DNA from: an uncultured Anaerolineaceae bacterium
GTDB taxonomy: Bacteria > Chloroflexota > Anaerolineae > Anaerolineales > UBA4823
Assembly: GCA_964354345.1 (NCBI GenBank)
Contig: CAYGZL010000116.1
Span: 214 to 64,213, forward strand
Length of the DNA: 64,000 nucleotides
Direction of reading: 5' to 3'
Shown here: positions 31,648 through 42,024 of the stretch, in pieces
Numbering within the stretch: position 1 is the stretch's first letter
Layout of the letters: the number at the start of each line of letters is the position of its first letter
Program-made: the position numbers and the translations under genes
The notes under the pieces: model-generated
Databases searched by the model: none
Told to the model about the DNA's origin: nothing
What the model saw: only the letters and a program-made list of their open reading frames with translations

Positions 31648-31673
31648 ACACCCCCCCCAGGTGGGTAGGGTAT
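31648..31673. promoter_or_regulatory. Putative CsoR operator
   Basis: ACACCCCCCCCAGGTGGGTAGGGTAT is a C-tract/G-tract pseudo-palindrome between the promoter and the csoR start, the form known for CsoR operators. Confidence 0.7.
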
Positions 31674-31681
31674 CTACAAAT

Positions 31682-31709
31682 ATTATACTATATCCATCCA
31701 ATTTGTCAA
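31682..31709 (-). promoter_or_regulatory. Sigma70 promoter of the csoR-copZ-copA operon
   Basis: Minus strand TTGACA-N16-TATAAT, perfect consensus hexamers. Confidence 0.8.
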
Positions 31710-31739
31710 GAGATTGGCGCCTCTTTACTGATGTCCTCT

Positions 31740-32513
31740 TTATTGCCCGAGTGCACCAAGGAAAGCTTTTTCTAGATCTGTACCACTTACGTACCCAAGC
31801 CACTGTTGGAGGATATTCCCTTGTGCATCCAATAGCAATAGGTGAGGCTGGTAACGATATCCTAACTGTCGCATAGTGGAGTAATTCAGCGGATCATCAA
31901 TGTCCAGGTAGATAAAATTTACGCGATCTCCATACACTGCTTCCAGCCCATGCACGATAGGTGCCAGCGATCGGCAGGTACCACACCAGAAGGCGAAAAA
32001 CTTAACCAATTGGATTTTCCCGGAGGCCAATTGAAATGTTTCAGGGTCGGTGGCATGTAAATCAGTGCGAACCAGTTTGATCGCCACGGTTACGGTCGGG
32101 GTGTTCGGAATAATCACAGTTGGGGCAGCGAGAACTTGCGATTGCGTGGGCAGGGGACTGGTTGGGGCAGGATAGAGAGTGGCACTGGCTTCCAGCGTGG
32201 GATTGGCAGGTTCAGGATAGGATCCCGCGGGATAGGCTGCCACGGGATAGGCCGGCACGGAATAACCTGACGCTGGATATCCCGGGGCAGGATACCCTGA
32301 TCCTGGATAAGCTGCCAGCTCAGGATATGGGTACGCCAGTGAACCAGTTAATGCTGGATATGCTGAAGAACCTTGAGTTTCAGATGGCGAACGCTGCAGA
32401 GCCATCCCATGGGATGGTGTCGGAGTCGGCTTTCCGTTCCCGCTACAAGCCGCCAGAGCCTGACTACAAAGAAATACCAATCCCACAATGAGCAATAATA
32501 ACTTCACTTTCAT
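31740..32513 (-). CDS. Thioredoxin-fold lipoprotein with YP-repeat linker
   Basis: Lipobox ALAAC, Tyr-Pro repeats, FWCGTC active site. Confidence 0.82.
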   Translation of the reverse strand: MKVKLLLLIVGLVFLCSQALAACSGNGKPTPTPSHGMALQRSPSETQGSSAYPALTGSLAYPYPELAAYPGSGYPAPGYPASGYSVPAYPVAAYPAGSYPEPANPTLEASATLYPAPTSPLPTQSQVLAAPTVIIPNTPTVTVAIKLVRTDLHATDPETFQLASGKIQLVKFFAFWCGTCRSLAPIVHGLEAVYGDRVNFIYLDIDDPLNYSTMRQLGYRYQPHLLLLDAQGNILQQWLGYVSGTDLEKAFLGALGQ

Positions 32514-32685
32514 TTACACCTCCAAAATATATCAGATGGATTATCTCTAATTTATGCAGATCGTCCAACTGGGATTTATTATATTTATTCACTTGACGCT
32601 TCCCGGATATACTTATACACTAAAACCTATCACCATTAATCAGGAAATTATTCGAAATAACCAGTACCACCTTGAGAAAAAAACG

Positions 32686-33051
32686 ATGGATAAAATCATC
32701 ATTCAGGATCTACGTGTTCTTGGCATCATTGGTGTCTACGACGAAGAACGGCATACACCACAAGAAATTCGGATCAATTTGTGTCTTTTTACATTTTTGG
32801 AGAAAGCTGGTGCGAGCGATCGGGTAACCGATAGCGTAGATTATGCACAAATCACCATGCAGGTTCAAAACCTGGCAGAAACCGCTCAACGATTCACAAT
32901 CGAGGCGCTGGCAACCGACATCGCCCGTCTCTGCCTGGAGACGCCGGGTATCGAGAAAGTTATCGTCAGAGTCGAAAAACCGGGGGCGATATCCTCGGCT
33001 GGTTCGGTTGGCGTAGAAATTGAGCGGGAGCGCGGTTCATACACCCGGTAA
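32686..33051 (+). CDS. folB: Dihydroneopterin aldolase
   Basis: MDKIII, IIGVYDEER, SVDY, TIEALA, VEKP. Start at ATG 32686. Confidence 0.9.
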   Translation: MDKIIIQDLRVLGIIGVYDEERHTPQEIRINLCLFTFLEKAGASDRVTDSVDYAQITMQVQNLAETAQRFTIEALATDIARLCLETPGIEKVIVRVEKPGAISSAGSVGVEIERERGSYTR

Positions 33052-33061
33052 AGAGATCTGG

Positions 33062-33727
33062 CTACAAAAGGGGATCCGAACTGCGCGAAATGTTGTTCAG
33101 AAACTCTTCACGAGTCGCTAAATTCGTTCGAAATGCACCTACCATGGCGGAAGTCGTCATCCGGGCATCATGTTTCTTAACCCCACGCATTGCTGCACAC
33201 AGGTGTAAACCCTCAATAACCACTGCAACTCCCAGTGGTTGAAGCAAACAATCTATAAATTCGGCAATCTGGCGTGTCATCCGCTCCTGGACCTGCAAAC
33301 GCCGGGCAAATAAGTCAACCACGCGAGGGATTTTTGACAACCCTAACACGCGACCTTTTGGTAGATAAGCCACATGCACCCTACCAAAGAAGGGTAACAA
33401 ATGATGCTCACACAGGCTATAAAATTCGATGTTGCTTACCACGATCATTTCGTCATAAGTAACTTCAAAGAGGGCACCATTCACCAGCGTCATTGGATCT
33501 TGCCGGTAACCCTCCAAGAGTTCCAGGTACATGCGCGCCACTCGATCCGGCGTTCGTTCTAGTCCTTCCCGGTTTGGATCTTCCCCAAACGCACACAGCA
33601 TCTGTTCGACCGCCTGCCGGATCACCGATCGATCAATCTCTTGGTCATCTAACAAGCAGGCTAACTGGTATAAGCGGTCTTTATCAATTTCCATCCATTG
33701 ACTTCCAATAGATGCGGCGGAGAGCAA
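33062..33727 (-). CDS. folE: GTP cyclohydrolase I
   Basis: [44 protein letters not shown]. Confidence 0.96.
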   Translation of the reverse strand: MLSAASIGSQWMEIDKDRLYQLACLLDDQEIDRSVIRQAVEQMLCAFGEDPNREGLERTPDRVARMYLELLEGYRQDPMTLVNGALFEVTYDEMIVVSNIEFYSLCEHHLLPFFGRVHVAYLPKGRVLGLSKIPRVVDLFARRLQVQERMTRQIAEFIDCLLQPLGVAVVIEGLHLCAAMRGVKKHDARMTTSAMVGAFRTNLATREEFLNNISRSSDPLL

Positions 33728-33756
33728 TCTTCCGCCGCATCATAGACAAATCTGAA

Positions 33757-34326
33757 TTAACCAATTTCCGGTTCAATTAACCCGAAGGCGCCATCCCTCC
33801 GGCGGTACAGCACGTTTATGGCGTGGGTGTTGGCATTGTAAAAGACGAAGAAGTTCTCGTGACCAAGCAGACTCATTTGCTCAAGGGCTTCGTTTTCATC
33901 CATTGGCACCAACACAAAACGCTTACGCCGGGCAATTAACGGAGGCAATTCCCCAGTTTCTTCTTCCTCAACCACCGGTGGAGCGGTTATATCGGCGGCA
34001 GACTTACCATCGCCGCGTCCGCGAAAATGTTTGCCCTTATAACGCTCAATCCGGCGCTGTAATTTCTCTATGGCTGTGTCAAAGGCAGCAAATATATCAT
34101 CGCCTCGCTCTTCTGCGCGCAGGATAAATCCTTTTCCGCGAACTGTAATCTGAGCCACCTGGCGATCCGTCGCACTACGCGCCGATTTCGAGTATGCCAG
34201 GTCGAGCCGAGCCTCCTCAATACCTGGTAAAAACCGATCCAACCTCGCTATTTTCTTGGTGACGTATTCCCGTATCCGATCCGTCACCTCCATATTTCGT
34301 CCGTAGATCTCGATTTCGAAATCCAT
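33757..34326 (-). CDS. hpf: Ribosome hibernation promoting factor (long HPF)
   Basis: GRNMEVT...YVTKK, DIFAAFD, EALEQMSLLGH...VLYRRRDG. AAGGAGG RBS before ATG 34326. Confidence 0.93.
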   Translation of the reverse strand: MDFEIEIYGRNMEVTDRIREYVTKKIARLDRFLPGIEEARLDLAYSKSARSATDRQVAQITVRGKGFILRAEERGDDIFAAFDTAIEKLQRRIERYKGKHFRGRGDGKSAADITAPPVVEEEETGELPPLIARRKRFVLVPMDENEALEQMSLLGHENFFVFYNANTHAINVLYRRRDGAFGLIEPEIG

Positions 34327-34424
34327 ATCCACCTCCTTATTATGATTGGTCTGGTATTTTATCACACCCTATCTCCGGGGTGCATTGGTCAGATAACCTG
34401 CGGAACGATTATTTCGCCTTCCTG

Positions 34425-35129
34425 TTAACGCTGTGTACGCGCCAGAGTTAACCCATACACTTTAGTTGCTCGGGCGGTCAGGATAGCCTTGGCGCAAGCT
34501 TCTAGTGTCGCTCCACTTGTAGTGACATCATCAATAACCAGCACATTTTTACCCTGGACAATCGCTGGTCGAGCCAGAAATACGCCAGAGACATTTTGAT
34601 ACCGTTCAGCGAAGGTTAACCCGACCTGGGAACGGGCTTCTTTGATTTTAACAAGCGCCCGCGGCCGATAAGGGATGCCACACCCTAGCGCCACCGGACG
34701 CGCTAATAAGGCCGCCTGATTGTAACCGCGTTCTTCCTGGTGAATTCTTCCGGCAGGCACCGGTGTCACCAGGTCAATGGGCCATTGCAACTCCTTTAGT
34801 GTAACGATTAATGGCCGTGCTAATATTTCGGCCAACGCCATATCGCCATAGTATTTCAAGCGGTGAATCGCTTCTCGAACTGACCCCTCATAATAAGCCC
34901 AGGAGCGTAATGCCCGGAAACTTGGTGGCTGGCTTTGGCATTCAGGGCACAATCCTGGTGAAGCCATGGCTATGCCGCAATCGCGACATACTACATAACC
35001 AACCACCCGGCTATGATTTACACAATCCGGACACCACCTTGCCCCCGGCATACCACATCCCCCACAACGCGGTGGATACAACCAATCCAGGCTACTCCAC
35101 AACAACCGGTACAAAGTATACAATGACAT
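34425..35129 (-). CDS. comF: ComF family protein (Zn ribbon plus PRTase domain)
   Basis: Paired CxxC motifs, RGYNQA, VLVIDDVTTSGATL; upstream of hpf as is typical. Confidence 0.92.
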   Translation of the reverse strand: MSLYTLYRLLWSSLDWLYPPRCGGCGMPGARWCPDCVNHSRVVGYVVCRDCGIAMASPGLCPECQSQPPSFRALRSWAYYEGSVREAIHRLKYYGDMALAEILARPLIVTLKELQWPIDLVTPVPAGRIHQEERGYNQAALLARPVALGCGIPYRPRALVKIKEARSQVGLTFAERYQNVSGVFLARPAIVQGKNVLVIDDVTTSGATLEACAKAILTARATKVYGLTLARTQR

Positions 35130-35131
35130 TG

Positions 35132-36415
35132 TTATGAGGTCGCTTCTACCAAAGTCTCCAGGGGTAGCTTGGCGGAACGTATTGCCCACCAACGCACCCA
35201 ATACAAACCAGCCAGAATAATTAAAGGCAAACCAAAGAACATGAGTGGATCCAGGTCAAACATCAATCCGCTCAGTAAATCCTTCCAGAATAATATCCAC
35301 GGTCCAATTAATAAAATGATCAGAGTAGTAATCCCCATTCCCAAACCTATCCGGTCCCAACGCTCTTGCCAGGTTGCCAGGGTTAAAACAAATGCTGGAT
35401 ACATTAAAAAGTAATTCCCGGTTGACGTATGGATCCCAAATAGATTGGTCAACGTTAAAGTTAGGCAAGCTGTCCAGAGAAACCAACGCCAATCTCTTCC
35501 CAGCGTAGCACGCCATTCAATCAATAATATTACTGTAACAATACCGGTTAAGACCCAACCCATCTGACGGCCGATGCCAGGCAGCCAATGCACTAATAAT
35601 CCTTCTGGCGTGCCAACCCGGATTTGTTGGATAAAGGCAATCACTTGTTTAATGTTAGAAAGTAACCAATCAGGTACCAACATGCTGGTGGCTGCGGTTA
35701 ATAATACCGCAGTTCCGATAAATCCCCCTACCAAAGCCCAACGACGTTGCGAGGCAGCCCACACCAGGATGAAGATAATCAGCAGTAAAACCGTATTCGG
35801 TTTGATACAGGCAGCCACCATACACATACTGGCCAGGCCATCATATCCAGCTCGAATCGCATGGAAAGTCAATACGATCAATAACGTCACCAATACAACA
35901 GCATTGCCACTGAAAACAGCATAGACTCCCGGAAACCACAGGCCTGAGAAAATAAGAAAGGCAATTAACAAGCCACCCCTGACCCTCCAGTTAATCAATG
36001 AAAGAGAATAAATGATTGAAGTATAAAGTGTAATTAGAAGTACCGACATCCAAACCAATTTAGCAATCAGGAAGTCACTGATAATAGCAAAAGGAAGGAA
36101 TATCAGAAAGGAATAAAAAGGGTATAGAAAGAATTGCGGATCTTCACCTGCTTGCGTTGACTGGTTATCTGTCCTGGATCTACTGCTCAACCATTCTTGA
36201 GTAGCTTTAACGGTTTCTGTGCTGTAAGGACTCTGCCCTTCTAAGATATATAGCCGAGTGCCCAGCCAACGAGGCAGAAAATGATCACCGCCCAATTTAT
36301 CCAGTGAAGGATCTACTGTTGAGAAATGATTATTTGCCCAGATTATCCCGATCAGGCTCAGGATAAACAAGGGCACGGTTACTATGATAAAGGTAATCAG
36401 CTGGCGATTAGCCAA
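35132..36415 (-). CDS. GT87/DUF2029-like polytopic membrane glycosyltransferase
   Basis: DHF/SPY, FLYP, GN and IKP motifs; many TM helices. Confidence 0.65.
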   Translation of the reverse strand: MANRQLITFIIVTVPLFILSLIGIIWANNHFSTVDPSLDKLGGDHFLPRWLGTRLYILEGQSPYSTETVKATQEWLSSRSRTDNQSTQAGEDPQFFLYPFYSFLIFLPFAIISDFLIAKLVWMSVLLITLYTSIIYSLSLINWRVRGGLLIAFLIFSGLWFPGVYAVFSGNAVVLVTLLIVLTFHAIRAGYDGLASMCMVAACIKPNTVLLLIIFILVWAASQRRWALVGGFIGTAVLLTAATSMLVPDWLLSNIKQVIAFIQQIRVGTPEGLLVHWLPGIGRQMGWVLTGIVTVILLIEWRATLGRDWRWFLWTACLTLTLTNLFGIHTSTGNYFLMYPAFVLTLATWQERWDRIGLGMGITTLIILLIGPWILFWKDLLSGLMFDLDPLMFFGLPLIILAGLYWVRWWAIRSAKLPLETLVEATS

Positions 36416-36483
36416 GAGGACTCCACATAGGGTGAGTGGTATTAGCTGCGGTTTATTACCCGCGAATTATTCCGATAAACAAG

Positions 36484-36519
36484 CCGGGTTGCTTTGGATA
36501 TATCACCAAAACAACCCGG
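36484..36519 (-). terminator. Hairpin, probable intrinsic terminator after rpoD
   Basis: Inverted repeat CCGGGTTG...CAACCCGG 17 bp downstream of the rpoD stop, followed by a U-rich tract on the minus strand. Confidence 0.6.
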
Positions 36520-36536
36520 GCCTATCCTGATCTGGT

Positions 36537-37766
36537 TTAACCCAAATATTCGCGTAATTTCCGGCGGATGGCCGGGTGGCGGAGACGGCTAAGCGCCTGA
36601 GCTTCTATCTGGCGTACCCGTTCGCGAGTTACGCCCATCTTGCGACCCACCTCCTCGAGCGTATAAGCCTGCCCATCCAATAGACCGTAACGAAGCTGCA
36701 AGATACGCACCTCGCGGGGCGGCAAGCCGTTCAAAACGTTCTCAAGATGCTCACGGAGTAAATCATAGGTGGCTGTTTCGTCGGGGGCGGGAGCCTCCTC
36801 GTCCTGGATAAAATCACCCAGCACAGAGTCCTCTTCATCATCCGTCGGAGTTTCTAATGAAAGCGGGCGCCGGGCGACCTGGATCATATTTTCCACTTTC
36901 TGGGGAGTCACTTCCAAAGCATTCGCTAATTCCTCAACCGAGGGATCCCGACCTAAGCGTTGAGTTAATTGGTGTTGCACACGCAGTAACTTATTGATTT
37001 GATCGCCCATGTGCACGGGTACACGGATTGTGCGTCCTTGGTCGGCGATGGCGCGGGTGACTGCCTGGCGAATCCACCAGGTGGCATAGGTACTGAATTT
37101 GTGTCCACGCCGGTAATCAAACTTCTTCGCGGCACGGATGAGGCCAATATTGCCTTCCTGGATCAAATCAAGGAAAGGTACGCCACGCCCCATATATTTC
37201 TTGGCCACACTGATTACCAAACGCGAGTTGGCAGTGATCAGGTGTTCACGGGCTGCCCAGCCATCTTCGATCAGTCTTTGCAATTCCTGACGATGGCGCG
37301 GGCTGACATTGCCCCTGGCCAGCTCTTCGCGCGCCAGACGCCCACGCTCAATTCGTTGAGCAAGTTCGACCTCTTCTACAGCAGTGAGTAGAGGCACCCG
37401 GCCGACTTCCTTGAGATATAAACCGATCGTATCGTCGGTATCAATATTCGCCAGATAGTTATCGTCAACAACTACTGGTTGCTGAGTCTCTTCTTCAGCC
37501 TCTTCTTCAACCAGCTCCTCTTCGCTAGGCCCAGCCTGAGCAGCCTCATCCACAAATGGGATACCAGCGCTTAGCAACGCAGCAAAAGCTTCCTCGAGTT
37601 GGTCTACATCCTGCTCAGCTTCGGGAAAAAACCCGAGGATATCATCAATCGTAACAAATGTCTTTTGGCGACCTAACTCTATCAAGCGAGCGATCGCTGG
37701 ATGTTCGTCTCGTCCTTCAAGATCATGCAGTAATTCCTCGTCAATCATTTTTGCTCCATTACCCAA
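36537..37766 (-). CDS. rpoD: Primary sigma factor RpoD/SigA
   Basis: Region 1.1, [49 protein letters not shown]. Confidence 0.95.
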   Translation of the reverse strand: MGNGAKMIDEELLHDLEGRDEHPAIARLIELGRQKTFVTIDDILGFFPEAEQDVDQLEEAFAALLSAGIPFVDEAAQAGPSEEELVEEEAEEETQQPVVVDDNYLANIDTDDTIGLYLKEVGRVPLLTAVEEVELAQRIERGRLAREELARGNVSPRHRQELQRLIEDGWAAREHLITANSRLVISVAKKYMGRGVPFLDLIQEGNIGLIRAAKKFDYRRGHKFSTYATWWIRQAVTRAIADQGRTIRVPVHMGDQINKLLRVQHQLTQRLGRDPSVEELANALEVTPQKVENMIQVARRPLSLETPTDDEEDSVLGDFIQDEEAPAPDETATYDLLREHLENVLNGLPPREVRILQLRYGLLDGQAYTLEEVGRKMGVTRERVRQIEAQALSRLRHPAIRRKLREYLG

Positions 37767-37891
37767 TCAGGTGCAAAGTCTCTTAAAAACAGAATACCTT
37801 GTTTTTCACCCAAAATCAATAACCAAATCTGCAACCTTTGAAACTCTAATGTAACGATATTGAAATAGCCATGGTTTTTTACTACCGATTA

Positions 37892-38602
37892 TTATGGTTT
37901 GGTTGTTTCGGTTGGTTGAACCGGAGTGGACTGTAGCTGTGGGGTTGAATCCAAAGTACTGGTTACTGTCTGGGTAGGTGTCAATGATAGGGTTGGTGTG
38001 AGGATTACCATTGGGGTGGCAGTCTGGGTTGTTTGTGTGACAACCGCGGTAGCCGTAATAGTGGGAGTAATCAGGATCGGAGGTGCGCTAACCATACCCG
38101 TGATCGTGTCCATGGTGTATTTATTGACTACCTGTACGAGCCCCTGGTCTACTTGAACATAGTAACCATTACCAATCGCAGTCAATTGGCCGACTTTCAC
38201 AATCGTGGTGCGGCCATCCCGTAAAGAAAATGTGATCGTGAAGGCAGGTGTGTTCAAGCCTATCAGTTCAGGAGCAAAACCAGCCTCCAACGAGGTCATC
38301 ACAGTCATAGCCGTTAGCTGATTAATCGCCTGTTCGATGACCACCGTGTCTGGGGTCCCGGTTGTAACATCGGCAAGAGTCCATTTCTCCGACAGATCGC
38401 GCAGAAGGGTGATCGATCCACCGGTGGCGGCCTCGATTCTCACTTTGTCAATCAGATCAACCGTCACTGGCACCAAAACTTTTTTCTCGACGGTTGGCGG
38501 TGTCTGCTCAGCCGTCAGCCTACCAGACCGACTCAAGTAAATGGTCAATCCCATGAGGACGATGAACACCGCAAGAATTATCCAGGTTGTACGCCGAATC
38601 AT
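37892..38602 (-). CDS. DUF4340-like membrane-anchored protein with Thr/Pro tail
   Basis: N-terminal TM; typical fourth gene of Gld-like ABC operons. Confidence 0.65.
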   Translation of the reverse strand: MIRRTTWIILAVFIVLMGLTIYLSRSGRLTAEQTPPTVEKKVLVPVTVDLIDKVRIEAATGGSITLLRDLSEKWTLADVTTGTPDTVVIEQAINQLTAMTVMTSLEAGFAPELIGLNTPAFTITFSLRDGRTTIVKVGQLTAIGNGYYVQVDQGLVQVVNKYTMDTITGMVSAPPILITPTITATAVVTQTTQTATPMVILTPTLSLTPTQTVTSTLDSTPQLQSTPVQPTETTKP

Positions 38603-38608
38603 ACGCCT

Positions 38609-40204
38609 TTAGCCTCGCTTGCGTCGCTGTATCCAGACTACGACCCCAGCTAACAGGATCATGCCAGGCACAAGTATTACTGAACCCACCATCATCAGGT
38701 TCATCATCACCTTTTGGGGAGGCACTAAAGTGCGTTGGGTGGTTTTTTTTGGCGTCAGGTTGATTAATTGTTCCTGCCCCAGCGCCCAATCAACCGCATT
38801 GACGAATAAATCGCCATTGGCATTAACACTGTAGTTACGGTCACTGGCAAATGCAGCATTACCAAAGGCCACCAGGCGCGCCTGGGTGGTAGTATTGGTT
38901 GCTGCGACAGCCAACGAGACCGGTCCGAGCAAATCAACACCTGCGTTATATTGCGCGGGCTGGTTGGCCATTAGATTCACCAGGTCGGTCTCTCCCCAGG
39001 CCTGACTGGCAGTGCTCAGGAAGGTTGTTGCCGTAACTGCCTCGGGCGTCTTGCCGATTGAAACGCTGCGGGCGCCGGGCATAAGCCCTAAATAGGTGGC
39101 CAACTTCTGGGTAATCGGATGGCTAGAATTTGGCTCACCAACAGCCACTGTCGGCTGGTATGAGGTGGTATCAAAAACAAAATCTTGACCGAGCACAACA
39201 CCCCATGATTGGGCCAGATCTTCTGCCAGCGGATCGCTGGCATCGCCAAAACCCGTCAACACGACGGAATCTTCCATGACGATCAGGGCTTTCCCTTGTG
39301 CCAGGTAACTTTCCAGGGTCTTGACTTCATCCGGTGATAATGGCTTATTCGGTCCAGCCACCACGATCAAACGGGCATCCTCCGGAATTTGGCTAGAAGT
39401 CAGCAAATTTAGCGTCTTAACAGTGTAATTCTTATTCTCTAAAAGGCTTTTTATCTCGGTCATAGAACGATCGCCGGTTGTTTCGATGGAGTAATCGCCA
39501 TGCCCGGTTAAGAAATAGACGGTGCGCTTCTCAGGGTTTAATAACTTTACCAACGCACCGGTCAGATCCGCCTCCGTCGCAGTCGTGACCCTTTCTTGCC
39601 GGTCAGCCAGACTCAAGACAATCATGCCATCCTGGGTTAGCTTAGCGGTTTGAGCCTTTATGGGATTACTGATTGGATCAATGAACTGGTAAGAAAAATT
39701 ACCTTTTCCGTGGTATTGGTATTGATCCAGCAATTTTTTCGCCTGGTCAGTTGAGTCAGGGGGGTAATTCGGGGAATAAAATGCTTCAACCTTTACCGGC
39801 TGTTGTAGGCTGGCTAAGGTTGTAATCGTCTCTGGAGCCAGGGTAAATTGTTTATCTTCGGTCAAATCCCACCGCCGGGGATTCACGCGGCTATTTACAA
39901 CCACCAAATAATTAAGGACCGCAATTATCCCCAGAAACGCCAGGGTCAACACCAGTGCATTGCTGCCATATCGCGCCTGGCGTCCGGTCAGGGCAACTCG
40001 TACCCGCTCCGGATCCAGGATGGCGAACAATGCCAGACCGATGAATATAAAGCCCAAACAAATCTGCAGAGGCAGATTCCATTGGCGTTGAATGAGATAC
40101 AAACCAGCTGCAATAACAGCAGCAGCTAAAGCTAAATACAAGCCCACAGGGGCTAATTTGACGGAACGAAGGTTCCGCAACCATTCGCGTTTCATCAGCG
40201 CCAC
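38609..40204 (-). CDS. GldG-like ABC transporter auxiliary component
   Basis: WDLTEDKQFTL, VYFLTGHG, NGDLFVNAVDW; TM segments at both ends. Confidence 0.85.
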   Translation of the reverse strand: MALMKREWLRNLRSVKLAPVGLYLALAAAVIAAGLYLIQRQWNLPLQICLGFIFIGLALFAILDPERVRVALTGRQARYGSNALVLTLAFLGIIAVLNYLVVVNSRVNPRRWDLTEDKQFTLAPETITTLASLQQPVKVEAFYSPNYPPDSTDQAKKLLDQYQYHGKGNFSYQFIDPISNPIKAQTAKLTQDGMIVLSLADRQERVTTATEADLTGALVKLLNPEKRTVYFLTGHGDYSIETTGDRSMTEIKSLLENKNYTVKTLNLLTSSQIPEDARLIVVAGPNKPLSPDEVKTLESYLAQGKALIVMEDSVVLTGFGDASDPLAEDLAQSWGVVLGQDFVFDTTSYQPTVAVGEPNSSHPITQKLATYLGLMPGARSVSIGKTPEAVTATTFLSTASQAWGETDLVNLMANQPAQYNAGVDLLGPVSLAVAATNTTTQARLVAFGNAAFASDRNYSVNANGDLFVNAVDWALGQEQLINLTPKKTTQRTLVPPQKVMMNLMMVGSVILVPGMILLAGVVVWIQRRKRG

Positions 40205-40938
40205 CTCCGCGTTTCCACCGACATTGTACTTATGAAGAGCGCCAGGGCAGTAACGCTCAAGTAATATAGTATGTCTCGGATATCCAGGATACCACTCAAT
40301 AAATTTGAGAAGAAATGATCACTTAAATCTAAGTAAGCAATCCATTCCGAGGCTCCACTGGCTGCTCCGAGCGTCTGAGCGATCGGAGCGACGATCCACC
40401 ATAACATTACCAGCACTCCCATCGTCGTCGCGAAAGCAGCCAGCTGGTTGCTGAAGAATGAAGAAATCGCCACACCGATCGCAATTAATGCTGCGCTCAG
40501 CATGATAATTCCCAGGTAACCACTAAGCAATGGACCCTGGTCAATCCCTGGCTCTACTACCAGGTTCAGGAGAATCGGGAAAATAAAAGTGGCTAACACC
40601 ACGGTCAACAGGAACAACCAGCTTCCCAACCATTTCCCAACAACCAGTTCCCAATCCCGCACCGGCGCGGTAAGTAATAGTTCGATCGTACCCATACGTT
40701 GTTCTTCCGCCAATAAACGCGTGGTGATGGCGGGAGTCGCCAGCATTAACAACGTGGCTAAAGGAGCTAATGTGATTGACACGCCAGGGACATACCCAGG
40801 CGATTCAGATGCCGCCTTGATGGTCAGGTAAAATAAAATCCCTAAAACCAGCAGAATAATAAAAGCGATCATATAAGCAGCCGGGCTTGCAAAATACAGC
40901 TTATACTCTCTTTTGGCAATGATCCAGATATTACGCAT
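40195..40938 (-). CDS. ABC-2 type permease (GldF-like)
   Basis: IAKREYKLYFASP, AEEQRMGTIELLLTAP, VVGKW. Confidence 0.9.
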   Translation of the reverse strand: MRNIWIIAKREYKLYFASPAAYMIAFIILLVLGILFYLTIKAASESPGYVPGVSITLAPLATLLMLATPAITTRLLAEEQRMGTIELLLTAPVRDWELVVGKWLGSWLFLLTVVLATFIFPILLNLVVEPGIDQGPLLSGYLGIIMLSAALIAIGVAISSFFSNQLAAFATTMGVLVMLWWIVAPIAQTLGAASGASEWIAYLDLSDHFFSNLLSGILDIRDILYYLSVTALALFISTMSVETRRWR

Positions 40939-40967
40939 TAATTAATCCTTTATCTCAAAGCACGCGA

Positions 40968-41948
40968 TCAAGCGACTTCGGACTCTTCTTCATCCGACTC
41001 ATCTGCAGGCGCTGGCGGTGTTGGTTCATCGCGGGTCAACTGCAGGAAGATATCTTCCAAACTCATGCTGACAGGATGAAACTCTATTAAATCAAAGCCC
41101 GCATTCACTACCGCCCGTGCCACCTGAGGACGGGCGTCCTGCCCAGGTAAAATTTCGAACTCCAGGGACGTTCCGGTATTGCTATCCACACTCGGGTGAA
41201 CCCGAGCCACCCCGGGAACGCTGCCAACCACCTGTTCGAGTCCATCGGCGTCACCAATCACATGCAATATCACGCGTTGCATTCCCATCAAGCGCGCTTG
41301 TAGCCGTTCTGGTGTATCTTCGACCACGATCTGACCTTTATTTATGATCAGAACACGATTACACACCTGTTGCGCCTCCGACAAAATATGCGTGGAAAGC
41401 AACACAGTCCGTTCCCGACCCAAATCCCGGATCAGATTCCGCACCTCGATAATTTGCGCCGGATCCAGACCAATCGTTGGTTCGTCAAGAATTAAAACTT
41501 CTGGTTGATGCAACAGGGCTTGCGCCAGTCCAACCCGCTGGCGCATACCTTTCGACAGGTTGGCAATATAACCATCGGCGCGCTCTTCCATGTGGACGGT
41601 TTCCAGGATATCATCCACACGATCTTCAGCGTGGGGCACCCGCCGTAAATCGGCCATAAATTTCAGGTATTCAAAGACGGTCATATCGGGATAAAGGGGA
41701 ACTGTTTCCGGCATGTACCCGATACGCCGGCGGACTTCCAGCGATTGCTCGACAACATCGAATCCAGCAACCTGCGCTTTCCCTGCTGTTGGAGGCATGT
41801 ATCCGGCCAGAATCCGCATCGTGGTGGTTTTCCCTGCCCCATTGGGACCCAAAAATCCTAAAATTTCACCTTTTTCAGCGTTGAACGTTATATTATCGAT
41901 TGCCCGACGCAATCCATAATCTTTCGTCAAACCCTCAACTTGGATCAT
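40968..41948 (-). CDS. ABC transporter ATP-binding protein (GldA-like)
   Basis: GPNGAGKTT, LSKGMRQR, LDEPT, STH. Confidence 0.95.
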   Translation of the reverse strand: MIQVEGLTKDYGLRRAIDNITFNAEKGEILGFLGPNGAGKTTTMRILAGYMPPTAGKAQVAGFDVVEQSLEVRRRIGYMPETVPLYPDMTVFEYLKFMADLRRVPHAEDRVDDILETVHMEERADGYIANLSKGMRQRVGLAQALLHQPEVLILDEPTIGLDPAQIIEVRNLIRDLGRERTVLLSTHILSEAQQVCNRVLIINKGQIVVEDTPERLQARLMGMQRVILHVIGDADGLEQVVGSVPGVARVHPSVDSNTGTSLEFEILPGQDARPQVARAVVNAGFDLIEFHPVSMSLEDIFLQLTRDEPTPPAPADESDEEESEVA

Positions 41949-41991
41949 AATGTTCTCCCATTAAACTTTACCTCTCCTCATAGACAACAAA

Positions 41992-42024
41992 TAGCACAGC
42001 AACCGTCAACGGCGGCTGCGCTGA
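41992..42024 (-). terminator. Leader hairpin upstream of the ABC operon (possible attenuator)
   Basis: Minus strand GCGCAGCCGCCGT-TG-ACGGTTGCTGTGC folds as a GC-rich stem with G-U pairs, followed by UAUUUGUUG. Confidence 0.5.

Noticed and set aside
31970-32000. Selenocysteine in the thioredoxin active site
   Set aside because: The codons read TGG TGT GGT ACC TGC (WCGTC), with no in-frame TGA.
37892-41948. Gliding motility machinery
   Set aside because: GldAFG-like ABC systems are widespread in non-gliding bacteria, and no T9SS or motor genes are present here.
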